Source: Enoplolaimus lenunculus (Eukaryota). From it: DNA of 64,000 nucleotides. The notes under the pieces are model-generated. The model was not told where the DNA came from. It saw only the letters and a program-made list of their open reading frames with translations, and did not search any database. The stretch is from NCBI GenBank assembly GCA_030248215.1, contig JASANG010000621.1:124001-188000 (forward strand). Reading direction: 5' to 3'. The position numbers and the translations under genes are program-made. Shown here piece after piece: positions 36,117-56,264 of this stretch (positions are counted from its first letter, which is position 1; each line of letters starts with the position of its first letter).

Positions 36117-39100
36117 TCATAATATTGTAGTCAACAGCTGCCCAAAATTTTTGAATTGAAACTGAAATAGTTTCAGCGAACCATTTAAAAACTCGCGTTT
36201 AACCCCGCCAAACATAGGGGTATACCTGCGACACCAGTACAGTTCTACACACCTTGATAAAACTGCCTTCAAAATTAAATGAAGCATAATTTTTGAGTTG
36301 TAGATTTCACGTAATTTCATCCGCTTAAATTCTGCTGGATACATTGAATTATGCAGTAAAATAAGTTCAGTATGTCGTATTTTGCCTAAATTTTTCAAAT
36401 TTGTACTATTTTTCTGCAATGTTGCTAAATCAACTAGCGACACGTATGTTAAATTGTTTCTGTCAAATTGACCCCATGTTAGTTCGCCTTGCATAACGGC
36501 GTATTTAATTCGGCCTCGGGCAAGTAAATGCTTCATAAGTGGCTGGATTATGTCGAACAAAATTTCTGTCCATAGAAGGGGGTAGACGCTGAAATGATAA
36601 AAAATCATCTTTTACTAATATATTAAGACAGTGAGCTTGTTTTGGTACCTTCTGCTTTAAATTGCAAAATTCAGCTTCCCCAATACCCTTGCAACTTCCA
36701 ATTATCCCGTGTGAAAGGATATTATTGCATTTTGAAATTTTACTGATATTATATATCCAGGTTGTCACAGTTTTGAATACTTTAAAACAATAATTTGGAG
36801 CAAAGCCGCAAAATTTATTGCAACTCGCGATTACTTATTTTACAGCTATTTATAGCGACAAGACATGTTGTGAACTTCAGATGAACAATTTAATTTGCAT
36901 CGCGAAATTTTAGGCACCATGGTACTTACCTATTTCTGTATCGGATCCGCCCCTTGCCCATGTTTTGGAAATTTCAGTTTAAAAATTTAATTCCTGCTCG
37001 CTAATATATGCTACATTTTTCAGTAAGATTTAGTACTTTGGTATGTACTTTAGCCTTCAAACACAATTATAACTTAAACATAATCCTTTTCATAACACCG
37101 ACAACATTTCTTACCTTTTTCCAGTTTTATCGGCATAATGCATTGCTAGAGATTCGTTAAACTGAACCAATTTTCGATCCGCTTTCAGTTTCCATAATCG
37201 AAATAAAACCAGATTAGCTATCGAAGGCCCAAAAACGCCAATTCCTAAAGGGGCGTCGTCAGTGAGCCACGAGTACCCTACCAGGTCGTACCCTGTCGTA
37301 AGCAAATTGAAATATTTTGCCAAGGGGTCGACCCCAATCGTATCCGCGTCTATCCACATCCCCCCGTATTTTAACAGAATAGCGCATCGGATGTAATCTG
37401 CTCTGTGTGTAGATGATAGATAATAAAATTGTCGGGGTAGCACCGAGTGAAGTTCTGCTGTTGCCCAAGTTTCATTAATAACCGCAACAAATAGCTGAAA
37501 TTTGTGAGATGGGAGGCTTACCCAGGCTTACGGATAGAATTAGGCTTATGTTACTGAGTAGGTCCGTATAATTACATGAACCCTGTGTTCTGCTAACAAT
37601 ATTCTTTATTCGCCAAAAACATTAAGACATTTGAGTTTTAACGCCTATGTTCAATAGGCATTGCTTCAGATCTAGCGCACTCAAAAGTTCTGCGCAAAAC
37701 TTATCCTCATGTTGATGCTTAGGCTTACACTTAAAAATATGCTTATGCTACTGTTACGACCCTAGACTTGGCAGCAGGTTTAAGCTAGGCTTTGACATAG
37801 GCACAGATTACGATTTGGGCTTAAGCTTAAGAGTACACACTTACTTAATGTTTAGGAGCATGTTCGTTGCGCCAATTCTAAAAACAGGTCGTTAAACAAT
37901 TTGTTCAACATACATTTCGGCTGTTGTAACATCGTACGCTTTCAATTGCTAATGTAATATACGCAGGCATAGGTTGGTAATCCCAAAAAATCCATATTAT
38001 TGGTTTACCCGCAATTGTATATAACCGTTTTGATGAATCAAACGTTGCACTATTTAGCGATCTGAAAAATCGTTTGTATTAAAAGACAGACACGAAAAGT
38101 TTACTCAAGTTGCCGACCAAAATATTAATATTAAATTTTAACGCAAAAAACAAAATGTTATTTTAAACGCTTTCGAATTTCAAACAGCATCTTGCAAAAT
38201 GAATAATTGAAGCGAAAAGATCTTTAAAATGAATCTTTCAGAAAAAACCTTCAGTTAACAAATTTCAGCATTTTAAACGCTATTTTGGCATCTAAGTGAA
38301 GAAGTAAACGCACTATATTAAAACGCTAAAAACGTTTTGTATTTTTGACACAATGTCGTTTTTTGATCACGGAAAACGGATATTAGTTATGTCTATTGTT
38401 AAAAATGATGGACCTTAAAAGTAAAGATAACAAATAAAAATCGAAAATCGAGGCGAAATCAACGCTTACACGTACTCACAATTGATGCATTCATCATCAT
38501 TTTTATTACACGAGAGCCTTTCTGAACTATTCGAATTTGTGTTGAGCACTTCTTGGTCAATCAGACTAGCATTTGCCAGTAACGATTCATCGTAACGCTC
38601 CAGTCGCCCGTAGGCAACTATTCTTGTCAAAAATTTTTGGTCAACTTTGCTGGATTGTTGAAAATTTGAACAAATTAAGTAAATAATGATAACCGACGTG
38701 CAAGTTAGTGCTACTAGGACATACGCAACGCGAGACAGATGTTTTCGAGTGAAAAGCTAGAAAAAATACAATTTTACCAAATAGTCCGTTTGCAAGGGAA
38801 AGGATAGACCGATATATCTTGTTCAGAAATATTAGGAGAATCCAGAAAAACCTATTATATATTAACAATGAATAAACCTCAAATGATAGATGTCAAAAAA
38901 TTTCTTTTACATCAGCTTATACCGCACCCAGCGTCAAATGCTGGCTACGTAACAGACCAGATAATTACATAAATTTTGACTTAAACGCAAACTATAGTGT
39001 TTGCATATTGTAGGCTCCTGAAATTGAAATCCCGCTACGGCCATGTTCGAAATCTGGATGAATTATAACGAACGACTGTTGGTAAAATCTTGAGATTGAA

Positions 39101-39234
39101 GACTGTTTAATCTTTATTAAAGTTTTCATATTTTAGAATTAAACGTTTTGCTATATATCTTTCTACCTCGTTAAAAGTAATTAGTTCCAACACAAGCTGA
39201 ACATTAACTATATTTTATTCGCATAACTTACCAT
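36117..39234 (-). CDS. Type II membrane DxD glycosyltransferase (GT32 / Gly_transf_sug / Caps_synth-like), about 429 aa
   Basis: Exons 39234-39232 (ATG only), 38756-38470 (TM helix VAYVLVALTCTSVIIIYLIC), 38061-37914 (KPIIWIFWDYQPMPAYITLAIESVRCYN), 37494-37115 (RADYIRCAILLKYGGMWIDAD), 36588-36117. Phases are compatible; total 1290 nt. Confidence 0.85.
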
Positions 39235-41078
39235 TAGTGGAGGTAAAGCTTCAGATGAAATCTTAAAAAATCACGCCTAGTGAGAGAGAACTTCATAGCA
39301 GTCCTGAACATCACACGACATATTATCTTGCACGACTCGCGATACATCCATGTTCTAAAGCCTGGTAAAAGTGTACAGTAGTTAAAAGTTCCTCCCAGAC
39401 TAGGCTACTTATCTGATTAGTGTCTAAAGTTTAAAAAGCGAAAGTTTTTGACAGGTGGGTCTCAAGCAAAACGAACTGGACACAAATCATATACAACATG
39501 TTCCGCTAACATCGTAGAATATTTTAGTCAAAATCATGGAAGCATATCACCCAGAGAACTTTAATTTACCTTCTAGACTTGGCAGTGTAAAAATTTGTTA
39601 TAGTGAACGCGCCGGTGTTTTACTGCAGAAACATTGCACAACAAAATGCTGCAATTTTTGCAAATTTTATGTTAGCAAATGTTAACATTATTAAAATGGA
39701 TGTTTAAAGTTAAAATTTTATAAAAAAACAATCATACGCAGTAAAAACATAATATAAATGCTGCGCTAGTGTATTAACAATGGCATTGGCCGTCGATGTT
39801 ACTTTTGAAGGTTATCCCGTTTTCTTAAGGAATAGCCGCAAAATAAGGTCACTTTACACTCTAAGGTTAATTTCTTAAACATCTCAGCGGTGATGTTAGA
39901 TACGCCTATACTTAGGAAAACGTTAGGCTAATGTATCGGATGTAGACGTAGCTGACTGTATTGACTGACAATACACGCCAACCAAGTGGAAATATAACGC
40001 ACTGAAATGCCTCGCACCGGTTAAGCTTCAATTTCAAAGCTCATGTCACGGGCGCTGGCATGGAAACTCCAAAAGATCTCTGCATACCATAGAATTTTGT
40101 AGAATATGTGCAAAGCCCAGGATCTCGTAAAATTTCAAAAATTTGAATTTGTACAACTCTAAAATGCGATTTTCGATCACTCTTCAGACTTCTTAGGCCT
40201 ACACGTTTTGATGCTTTGATTGTTTAATTGCTTAAAATTTCTGTCTTTGAATTTAATTGATTCTCAACACTTGTGCATCGCCTTCATTCTGTTTGAATAT
40301 TATACGGTCTGTAGAAAGGTTGTTTTTTTAAACCCCAGCAATTGAACCTTTCCGTCTCCCCTGACTGAGGTTTAGATTTTGGTTTTAAATTTATACCTTC
40401 CGCTGACTTACCCTGAAGAGAGTATAAAACCTGGAAGAGCAGCGTTCGGTGCTTAGATTATAGAGTAGCCAGTTTTTTATTTGAAGTAAGCCAATGTTCG
40501 ATACAATCTAGTTGTAAAGCTTGAAATGTCTAAAGATTAACATACACGTTCTGCCAACTAAATTCAAAAGTTTTAAGCAGAAAGGCATACACCTGATTCC
40601 AATGCCTAAATATATTTATGTAAACCTGCGCTTATCACAGAGTGTTTACTTGATGTCTTTAATATTGTCATAACACATAATGGACGTATACAATTTATTA
40701 ACAATTACATATATATGGTTTAACAGCAATTCGTCGCTCGACAGCTTGTCGCCTGACACCTAGGAATCGACATTGACTCCACAATTTGTCAGCCGTCATT
40801 GTGCTTAGGTTTAGACTTGCGGCTTTACGATTACGGTTAAGATTATGCTTAGATTTTTCACATGCTTTAGGACACTGTTGGGTAATAAATTGTCAGGTGA
40901 CAATAAGTCATAGATTCGTTACATATATGGTATCCATTTTAAAAATATGGAGTCAGTAACGAAAAGGTATTTGCTGCTTCACCTTCATTTCGTTTTACCA
41001 AAGTTCCAAAATATTGTATATCAATACCTAAAACGAAGCAAAAACCTCGTTTACCATCCAATTTTCTTGCAAAAATTG

Positions 41079-41408
41079 CTGTAGTGACCCGAATAAAGGG
41101 GGACTGATATTTATTTGACCTCTCGAGAGGGTAACCTCCCTGTAATTCGGTTACGGACTGTTATTTATTTTCAACCCCCATCCGCCACCCTTCGTTACTG
41201 ATATATATCCGTTATTGCAACAATCCATTGAATTAAACGTTTATTTGTCTTGTGTAGCTTTAGCGATAATGCAATGTTATACTTAGGAATGTACTTTCAA
41301 AACTTAAATACGCTTTAAAGTTTCTAACTCAACTTTATTAGGTCCTGGAGTCACTCAAAATGGGGACCACCCTCTCTTATTTCCCCCTTCTTATACGGGT
41401 CACTACAG
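41079..41408 (+). mobile_element. Tc1/mariner-type MITE copy
   Basis: ctgtagtgacccgaataaagggggg ... cttatacgggtcactacag|TA; internal similarity to the 27221 copy. Confidence 0.8.
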
Positions 41409-41492
41409 TACGGTACTGCTCAGGTACCGTGTTCACTGAATTGAACGACAAAAATAAGAACTTTGAAAATTATACCACCTCCAAAGCCCTAT

Positions 41493-41737
41493 TCACTTGT
41501 GCCAGTTTTGCTGCGAGAACTTGCAGCTGCAACTTGCACTTGCATGTTTTGTCCAAAATCCCGTTCGAAAAACTTGCAGCTGTATTAAAAATCAAAGCTA
41601 GAAGTTTCGTTCACATGTTTAAATAATCATACAAATTAAATGAATTTATTGCATCCGCTTTCTCATTGGCTGATGAAAAAATGAAAGTTCTGTGTGCAAT
41701 TTGCAGCTGCAAGTTCTCGTAGCAAAAACTTGCACAT
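41493..41737. repeat. Inverted repeat / MITE-like palindrome
   Basis: tttgctgcgagaacttgcagctgcaacttgcac versus gtgcaatttgcagctgcaagttctcgtagcaaaa. Confidence 0.6.
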
Positions 41738-42047
41738 GATTTTTTGACTTCGTTGAGATTTTACCCTGGCAAAATAAATTCTTGCTAAGTACTTTTTCGA
41801 TCGCAACCACCTGAAAAATACTCATTCCACAAAAAGCAACACTGGTGCTTATTGCAAGCGTAAACGTGCCCGTAGCCAACTAAACATGCTATAATGGCAA
41901 AAAAACTTCGGGATGGCATGCCGAAATTTTACCTTACGTACGAATGGGTCGAAAACTTTATAGAAAGGAGGCTATAGAAGAAACCATATTATTTTCTCTT
42001 TCTGGCTACGCACGCGCCTGTTTAATACAACCCGTAAGAAGTTTATT

Positions 42048-42344
42048 TCAAATATATTTTTTCACTTCCGCCTCGTATTTTCGATCACGTTTTTGTTGCA
42101 ACAAACTTGCACCGACTGCAATCCCGCATATTCCGCACGCAAAAACAAATACTGAAATCGGAGCAATTGTTGAAAATCGAAATTTTGGAAACAAATTATC
42201 GAGCCAAGGAGGATCCAACGGACTGGCAAACGGCAGTATTAGGATCCATGTAGCTAAATAAGTGGTTGTAATGCATAGTACAGTCACAAGAAGGCGTTTG
42301 AATATGCGTTTTACATAGGATAATAAACGATGTACATTGATCAT
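42048..42344 (-). CDS. Small two-TM protein, DPM2-like (dolichol-phosphate mannose synthase regulatory subunit), 98 aa
   Basis: YLATWILILPF..D..W...LFP.....IAPISVFVF..GI.GI.V...LL..KR resembles DPM2 (YYTAWVILLPFID..IHKYFLP..AIP...VGLFI...LKTKR). An acceptor ctaacag lies 22 nt upstream of the ATG. Confidence 0.55.
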   Translation of the reverse strand: MINVHRLLSYVKRIFKRLLVTVLCITTTYLATWILILPFASPLDPPWLDNLFPKFRFSTIAPISVFVFACGICGIAVGASLLQQKRDRKYEAEVKKYI

Positions 42345-43787
42345 TATTAATATTGTTGTGGTACACCTGTTAGAAAGAATCGTTTTTAAATACAAAGCCC
42401 TTTTTGAGTTTTAAACAAAAACGTTCATACTGATGCTTAATAGCGTTTAGCAAATGCTATAAAACTTTTATTCAACAGCGTTTTACCACGCAAGCCATAC
42501 ATTTTACAGTTTCACTTACAAAAAAACGTTCAAAATCGGTGCTACTTGAAACACAAAATGTGTCTTAAAAGAACGTTATATGTTTGATCCTCTTGCTCGA
42601 TAAAGAGTATTAATTGGTTTTGAGCCAACAGTGATTGTGACCTCTTCGTGACTGCAGAAATGAATTTTACCGTATTATAAAGCCAGTGCTAGCGTAATCA
42701 GCATTTTAATTTTTTTTCGAGTTGAAAACGACCCGCTTGCAGATTTGGATCATATTGTCGTCTAACGTTTCAAACCTCGTTAAGTTAGTCGTTTTTTTTA
42801 TTTAATTTTGAAGTTTTTACAAACGTAACTATTCTTATATAAAACATATTACCGAATATCATAGAGCAGAGATAATAAAAACGTGCTGTATATATCCAGT
42901 ACAGTTAAAAATCCATGTGACAACCAGAGTGTATAACAAACACAGTATATAGACAGTCGTACTTGGTGAGGTGACTACTGTGGGCTGCTAAACCTATTTA
43001 ACTGGTTAAATATAAAAAATAACCAAACAATAATGTATTGTAAATGAAACCCAGCGGTTAAAGCTAAATATGGAGGTAGAAGAATACGCAGGTAAATCAT
43101 GTCTGTAAAAGGTTTTAGAATAGCAACTATTAAAATTTAGATAAAAAAGACGCCTGGTAACATTTAAGCCAAAATATATGGATGTCTCATTTGGCTATGG
43201 ATACACTTATGGCATCAATGTTGTATTTATGGTTGCAGTCAGCGGCGTATACAAGCGGGTGGATATGAGGATATGCACTCTAATCCAAACTGCTGGAGAT
43301 CAAAAGAAGTAGCATTTTAAAAAGGCTTTCAAATCCTGCTAGGTCTTAAAAACTTTTATCAGTCGCCAGGCTATACCGAAAGGCATTCGTAAGATTATAA
43401 TTCCGTCAATATAGGCGGAGGCCGCCTTTAAACCTCGTAGGTATTTCTGTTACTTAAAATTAAGGGAAAACATATCTTATGGTGTTGCTTATCTAAATTG
43501 CAGAGCGGTATATTAGGAAGCTAATCTGGACACGTCCAGAACGATTGAGCAGGTACCAGCGTGTTCCTGAATATCCGTTCCCGTTTCCAATGAAAATCGC
43601 TGTCCGTTTCCGTTTTCGTTATTATGACTTGTGGCTCCTGTTACCTCGTCTTCGACTTATTTTCTTTTTTTCATTCACATTTAGTGTCCCGTTCGCTTCC
43701 AGTTGCCTTTGCAACTTCAGGGCGCAACGCCTCACTTCCTCGAATGTCTCTCCAAAATGTCCATAGACTGATACGCTAAACCTTTTA

Positions 43788-44105
43788 CTGTAGCGACCCG
43801 AATAAGAGGGGGGACTGATATTTATCTGGTCTCTACAGAGGGTACCCCCTTGTTATTCTTACGGACTGTTATTTATTTTTAAACCGCCCTCCGCCGCCTT
43901 TTGTTGGATTGATATATACGGTATTGCAACTATCCGTTGAATTAAACGTTTGTCGTGTCAATAGCTTGAGCAATAACGCAAGGTTATACTTACTTGGGAA
44001 TGTACTTTCAAAACTTAAGCACGCTTTAAAGTTTCGAACTCAACTTTATTTGGTCCTGGATTCATTTATGCGCTGCAATTACGGATAATTGACATGTATG
44101 GATTC
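43788..44105 (+). mobile_element. Tc1/mariner-type MITE copy (3' truncated)
   Basis: TA|ctgtagcgacccgaataagagggg plus shared internal sequence. Confidence 0.75.
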
Positions 44106-44165
44106 TTTCGAGAATGATTTAGGATAGATTCCATATCTAAGTTTTGCCGTTTGCCCTAAATTTTG

Positions 44166-44327
44166 GGCCATCTGTAGAACAGGGCAGGAATAGTAGTATA
44201 AGCGTATTCTTAAGCCTAAGCCTAAGCCTATGGATGAGCCTATTTCTAAGCCTAAACCTACGCAAAAAATTGTTCTAAAGCTTAAACTGACTCTATTATA
44301 GCCCCTCGGATGTTCTAAACATAGGCC
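44166..44327 (+). mobile_element. Telomeric-repeat MITE copy
   Basis: ggccatctgtagaacagggcagg ... tgttctaaacataggcc; TSD aaattttg / aaatgttg; internal taagcctaagcctaagcct. Confidence 0.8.
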
Positions 44328-45978
44328 AAATGTTGTAAAGGTAATTTCTGTACAATTTAACTACAATTTGCGATCTGCCCTGATTTAGCGAACCCCAAAC
44401 TGTGTCGTACTCCTGGAACCATATTAGTCATCGTTTGTACCGATGGAGTTACCATATAGTCTGCAATCCTAGGTGCGTTTGCCAGTGTGGCTCCACATAA
44501 CACATTTCGTTATGATGACTTCGACTAGCTTAGCCATTACGCAGTTACAAGTACAAACATCAACAATATACAACATTATTCAACAATACCCACCACGGGC
44601 CCAGATAAGATTTATCTTAGGTATTTCGAGAAGTTTAGCAACGTCTGAACCTAACTTAAGTGCTAAGAAACACTAGGTGGAGCCAGAATCTCCGTTATTA
44701 AGGTGAGGTTTTGGTTTGGTTTTAGATTTTATTTTTAATTTGAAACATATAACAATGGCACAGCCACCTGCAGATTCAGGGCCGATGTTACTATAAAGGC
44801 CGTCCCAATTTCCCGGCAAGCAAATATACCCAGAGTGCACACTTATGCGCTCCTGTTTACAAATGCACATGCAGATATATTTACGTAGGATATATGAAAA
44901 TATGTCCCATCTGTCCCAAGTGTCATATCTGTCCCAATTATATTTTTTGAATGTACTCCTGGTACATTGCTGTCCCGACAAAATGGGACGGGTACTCTTG
45001 GTACATTTCTGTCCCGGGAAAATGGGACGGCCTTGAAAGTAACTTTGGCCAGAGTCAGCACAAGTGTGCGAATTACATAAGTAACAATGGCAGTCAGCTG
45101 TTCCAAGGGTGCGGCCGTGATAGAACTTTATTAGAAGCATGAAAAACTTTTATTTACTCAACTGCGGCCTAATTTTACTCACGATGTTTTAGTATGCATC
45201 CCTTTTTTGATTTTAAAATGATTGTATGTTTTTGTTTGACCTAATATCCCAGCGAACGAAACACGGGTACGTTTTCCTTAAAAATCGTTCTTTTCAGTCG
45301 ATACAATTTTTCCGCAGAATGTAGCTTACCAAAATGTGCGATATGTAGTTTTAGGGGTGTCCGGTACTCCAATGAGACGAGACTGCAATACAGCAAGCTC
45401 AGTGTTAAACTAATTCGGTTGTTTGCTTTCAGTTTTAGACCTGCTCTTAAAGTTGAGGTTTATTTTACAGTTGCGCCACGAACTAAACTTTGGCCAGATT
45501 GCTTAACTCAAACGCCTTTCCAATGGCGGCAGTAAATATCCCAATATTCACTCTTTTACAGTTAATATGAAACGCATAATTTATTTTCAAAATATACAAC
45601 GCATAATAAAATTAACAATAAGTGTCGTATCTTTGATTACTAATAATTACCATCTAGCCTCTTTCTCCAACACAGAGCAATTTTAAAATTGCATAACAAA
45701 TTCGCAGTTTTAGCGACTACTTTTAAACATTGTTAAATTTGAATAAATTACAAATATTGTTTTGTTACTTTGGAAAAGGATACCAAGTCGGCGAAGCAGA
45801 AAAACTGAAACAGAAACGAACTAAAATATAATTTGAACATACTATGTCAAAAACCCAACATTATAGAACAGAAAAATGGTGAGATACTTAAAAAAATTCA
45901 GCTAAGTTGTTTGAAGTACCCCAGTGTTCAATCGTAGCCTAATTCCAACAAGGACTAAACTAATCCTATCATCATACT

Positions 45979-51631
<5,653 letters not shown>

Positions 51632-54600
51632 TGTTACTCTGAAATAGACAATTTATACACATACAGTGACTTTTTAAATTTTCATCATTTAAAGCTCAAT
51701 GGTGCAACGATTACTGGAACAGGCATGTTGGTTATTCAGCTGGAGTTCGAAGTAAACATTATTAACCGGTCACGTAACAGTAGCGGAGCATTAAGTAGTG
51801 TTAGAACTTATACCCTAACATTCTCAAATTTGCATAATATTGAGCAAACCCGAAACAAAAACATCAAGCTGAAAAAGCTTACCACAAAAATTTAAGGGAA
51901 ACTTTAGAGAACATCAACTATTAAATGCGAACACATTTTATCCTTTGTAAAAAATATGTAAATAAAAAATGTTACATTTTACATTCAAAACTATAAACTT
52001 TTATATATATCTGAAACAATAGCATACAAATGTCCTGCATTGCCCGAGTCAACACGTAATACACATAGCAGAGTAGCTATACAGTAACACAGTACACAAC
52101 GTTGTACATTAGTAAACAACGCATATAATATCTGAGTTAGTAAGAGGGTTGACCCGAATCGCCAAAGATCGATTGTTCGAATTCAGCCGTGGTCAATTGT
52201 TTCAACTACTTCGCACTAACATAACACTTGCATACTTTGCCCTTAAGACCGAGCAACCTTACAACAAAGTATTACAAGCCAATGCTACTATTTATTAGAG
52301 AAGAAAACTACAAAGCATATCATTTAAATCTAATATATAAAGATCAATAATTAAATCGTAATGTATTGCGCATGAAACAATTATCAATATATTTCAAACG
52401 CAAAGCTTTTCCAATTTTCTACTTTATGTGTAACAAAGTTAAACCTTTGTAAACTAGCTAAGTAAATTACCGATGTTTGTACTTTGCATACAACTATAAA
52501 CCTATATAAATATTGTTTACAAGAAAGTAATTGATGGGATTTCCTGCTCCATATATTATTCCCTAAAGATTGTTGAGCTGAGTAGAAACTTGGTCGTACC
52601 TCAACCCAGCACCCAATGAGTTTACAAAATATTCGCCGGCGTCTTATCTATACGCGGATCCTTCCTCATAAGCTCCCATGTAACCCTACACCCGGCTTTT
52701 ATTTCTGCGCTAGACTATTGGAAATGCCGGAGTAGACAGTGATGGGGGATCCAACCTGCGAGCGAACCGAACGAGAAGCCAGACGCATTTTAAAACTTCG
52801 GCGGTTTTTGTTTCAACCGGTTACGGTTGGGGCTGCTTTAGGAGTGGGTGACCACCAAAGGAATGATGGGGGTTTCTGCTTCAGCCCTGACTAGTGGCCC
52901 CCGAAATAGTGTTCAACGTTCGCCTGTAGATATTTATGGTATTTCTGCACATTCCTTTTACCATGCACAGCAGTGGAAAACCCGTATATTTTGAGATTTG
53001 TATTTGTAAACACTGAATTGTGGAGATAACGGGTAAACGTTTTTCTTTTCTAACCAATTTACTCTTATGCTCTCGCATGGAATAATAGACACCGAAGACA
53101 TAAGATGAATGTATTAAAAATCGATTGTGAACTCTAGATATCTATAGAAACGTCCTTGATTCCAACGGAATTCCGATTCTGGCTAAATTTCAGATAAAAT
53201 TTGGGTTCTGATTCAATTCCGACCTTCTGCAATTCCGATGCTGGAATTCTGATTTTTAGGTTATCACTTTTTAAAGGTGATTGATCTTAGATTTTGTTGT
53301 TGTTTTCGCTAGTTTGCACTTATCTGATATTTTTCTTCAATAAGTTTTAAGTTGTTTCTTTAAGAGCATCTAGCAGAGCAAACTATTCAGCAAATTATCA
53401 AAATGTTACTGTAATTGAAAGCTTTAAGCTTCACCTCTAGACGAATAACAAAATCTAAACAGTAAATTCTATTTTTATAGCGGCAAGTAGTGATGTTTAG
53501 CCCCCCCAAATTTTCAAATATACCTAGATATTCGGTTCAACAGTCTCCTTATACTGCAGCGGCAAATATTCATGTGATTTTGAGAGCTATGTATATACTG
53601 AATTGTAAACAAAATTCCAAGATATTAAATATCGCCCATCATAGAATTAGTGAATTTTTAAAAATTTGTACCCTGTTTTTATGGTTTCATAAGACTTCGT
53701 ATTTAAAGTTGCGAAAAGCTAAAAATGCCGCGGGCTGCTCTGAAAATTGTCAGACCTCCTTAACATTCTAAGGTTTTTACATCTATTAACAATACAAACA
53801 GGCATACTGCAACAAAAGTCAAGAGTCATACCATTTATTTTTTAACAGAATTCCTTAACTTAAATTTCGATTCGATTCCCGCTCCGACAGAAAATTTAGC
53901 TCCTATTCCAATTCCGCTTCCGGCATAATATATATACTTCTGATTGGAACCGTAGAATCTTCATATTAACCGTTAACGATTTAACTATCTTTTCGTTACA
54001 CGTGGTTTTTAAGCAGCACAGCATACACGCACTCTATTTGATAAAAAATTCGAAAAAATATATCACACCTTAACGATAAACAAAGTTTCGAATTTCGAAC
54101 AGTTTGTATCGTTTTCAGTCTGGTTAATCTGAAGTGCGAATTGTTTTTCCATATAGTATTTTACTATGTAAAAACAATTAAATTTAGGCTTTTCAGATCA
54201 TACTTGAGTCAGGTAATCTTTTTAGCGTAGAATCTAAAAGAGTTTTACCACTAATATCCGTTGGTTGCAATCGAAACGTCAAGGTACACTGCAAAAAATG
54301 GTGAGCCAAATTGACTCTCTTCGAAATAGGCTTTACGGGACTACACAAACTGAGTCAAATTCGACTCCGCCATCAGAGTCAATTTAGGAACCAAAATACG
54401 AGCTCCGCTTCTTGTAATACTTGTCGCATTCACTCGCAGCATGGGATTTGTTGTTTTCGTTATAAGGTTAGGTATTTAAGTCGGCGACCTGTTTAAAGTA
54501 TATATACTTAAGCGTAACTGAAGTTTAAAGATTTTAGAAACTCAGCCATTAGCAATTTTACAATGCGTTCAATGCACGATTGCTCAATTTCTCGCCGCGA

Positions 54601-55639
54601 AAGTATGCAATAGACCTATAATGTGCATGTAATTTAGAAAGAAAATTTTTTTGAGCATTTAATAGCAAAGTTAAAATAAATTAACATTTGGCAAAGTTTG
54701 CAGATTTTCAATCTGAAGAGTTAACTGCAATTACAGCGGTGTTGTGGGGTTTTAATAAAAATTATACGAGCCATATGGTGTTTTAATTACTTGGGTTTGA
54801 CATTTTCTTGTTTTTCCTAAACTATCAAGTGCAATTTCATTCGAGCGATATTAACCTCCACTATAGTGTACCTGCAACGATCTTTGATAAATATAAATGA
54901 TATATACAACTTCAGACGCGCGTGAAATGCTACTCGCGGGCGGATAGATATGTTTAGCAAAGATATTCCCAGCACGTTTGTTTAGCTGCGCGGATAAGGC
55001 GCTCATCGGATCAGAAAATCTTTTCCCGGATCCTACTGTGTTCTATGTATATATATGAGGCATAAGTATGAATGACACGTCATTTGAACGGCCCATAGTT
55101 ATAGCGTACCTGCACATTGCGAGGCAAGAAGACTGGTAGACTTAGATGCTGGACTGCTTAGGATTATGTTTAAGCTTAGGCTTTACACTTTGGCTTTTAA
55201 TGGGCAGTGCCCCGAAATCTTTAACATGGACCACTTGAACAATGTAGACTTTGTTTAAATTCGTAACATTCCAATATTTCAAATTAAAGCATCAAAGTTC
55301 AGCAGCAAGCCGAACATTTTACGGAGGGTCAAAATATTTGTTGTTCAGGCGTGAGTGAAGTCTCACTACTTCATGGCACAAAAGTAAATTGTCTGATTTT
55401 CAAGGATCATCGTGCAGACACATATCGAGATTCTATTTCTGAATTTTTCAGAAATATATTGGACTGAAATTTTTCAGACCTTACGGTTTGAGCCATTGTA
55501 GAGTTTAGGGCAGTAGCAGTTATTCCCAAGCCTACGCGAAACAATTTAGTCTAAAGCTTAAGCATAACACCCGCAGAAAACGGTCCGGTCCTCATCTATA
55601 AACGGGCAGTTTGAAATTTAAAAGTTTATTTCATAAACA

Positions 55640-56101
55640 ACTAGATCAATATTTCTAAAATTTAAGCCAAATATTTCTGTTATATTGCAAAAAATGTCTG
55701 ACATATATATAAACACAAATATGTCTTATGAGTCGTACAGATTTTGCAAACATATAGTTCTTAGAAACAAACATTTTGCAGGAAAGCCAGACTTCAAATT
55801 TGGGAGCTAAAGCTCAACCAAAGATCCTTTGCAACCTAAGATGTACGTCTAGACGTCATCTTTATGAAAGGAGTATCGGTCAGCTTTAGACCAAAATATC
55901 GTTTAAATTTAAATTACATATTTAGATGCACTGTTATGAATAGAAACGGAGAAACTCGTTTACACCAGAACATAAATTCGTTAACATTAAAGATAACTAT
56001 TTGGCGAAAGAAAGAAATTTGTGCCTTTAATTGACGATAGTCATTGTCTTGAACATTGAAGAAAGTAAGAGTCTTGAAACTTCAAGACAATTTTTTGTGC
56101 G
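55640..56101 (-). mobile_element. Diverged copy of the 25527-26168 element
   Basis: Shares aagctcaacc..caacctaaga..cgtc.agacgt and the terminal aagacaattttttgtgcg|ta with the 34638 copy. Confidence 0.6.
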
Positions 56102-56264
56102 TAGAAAGCCGTGTACCATTTGTCTCTGTAAATGGGCCAACCTCTGGTTTTTAAAATGTGCTCGACTGATTTTGAGTTTAAATGACACTAGAGTCTTGAT
56201 TTTATGACCCCGCCACATAAATACTTTTATTTTCAGTAAAATACGTTACTAACACAATTTCATA

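Noticed and set aside
52120..52200. tRNA gene or tRNA-derived SINE head (gttcgaattc B-box-like)
   Set aside because: No cloverleaf could be folded and no second copy was seen.
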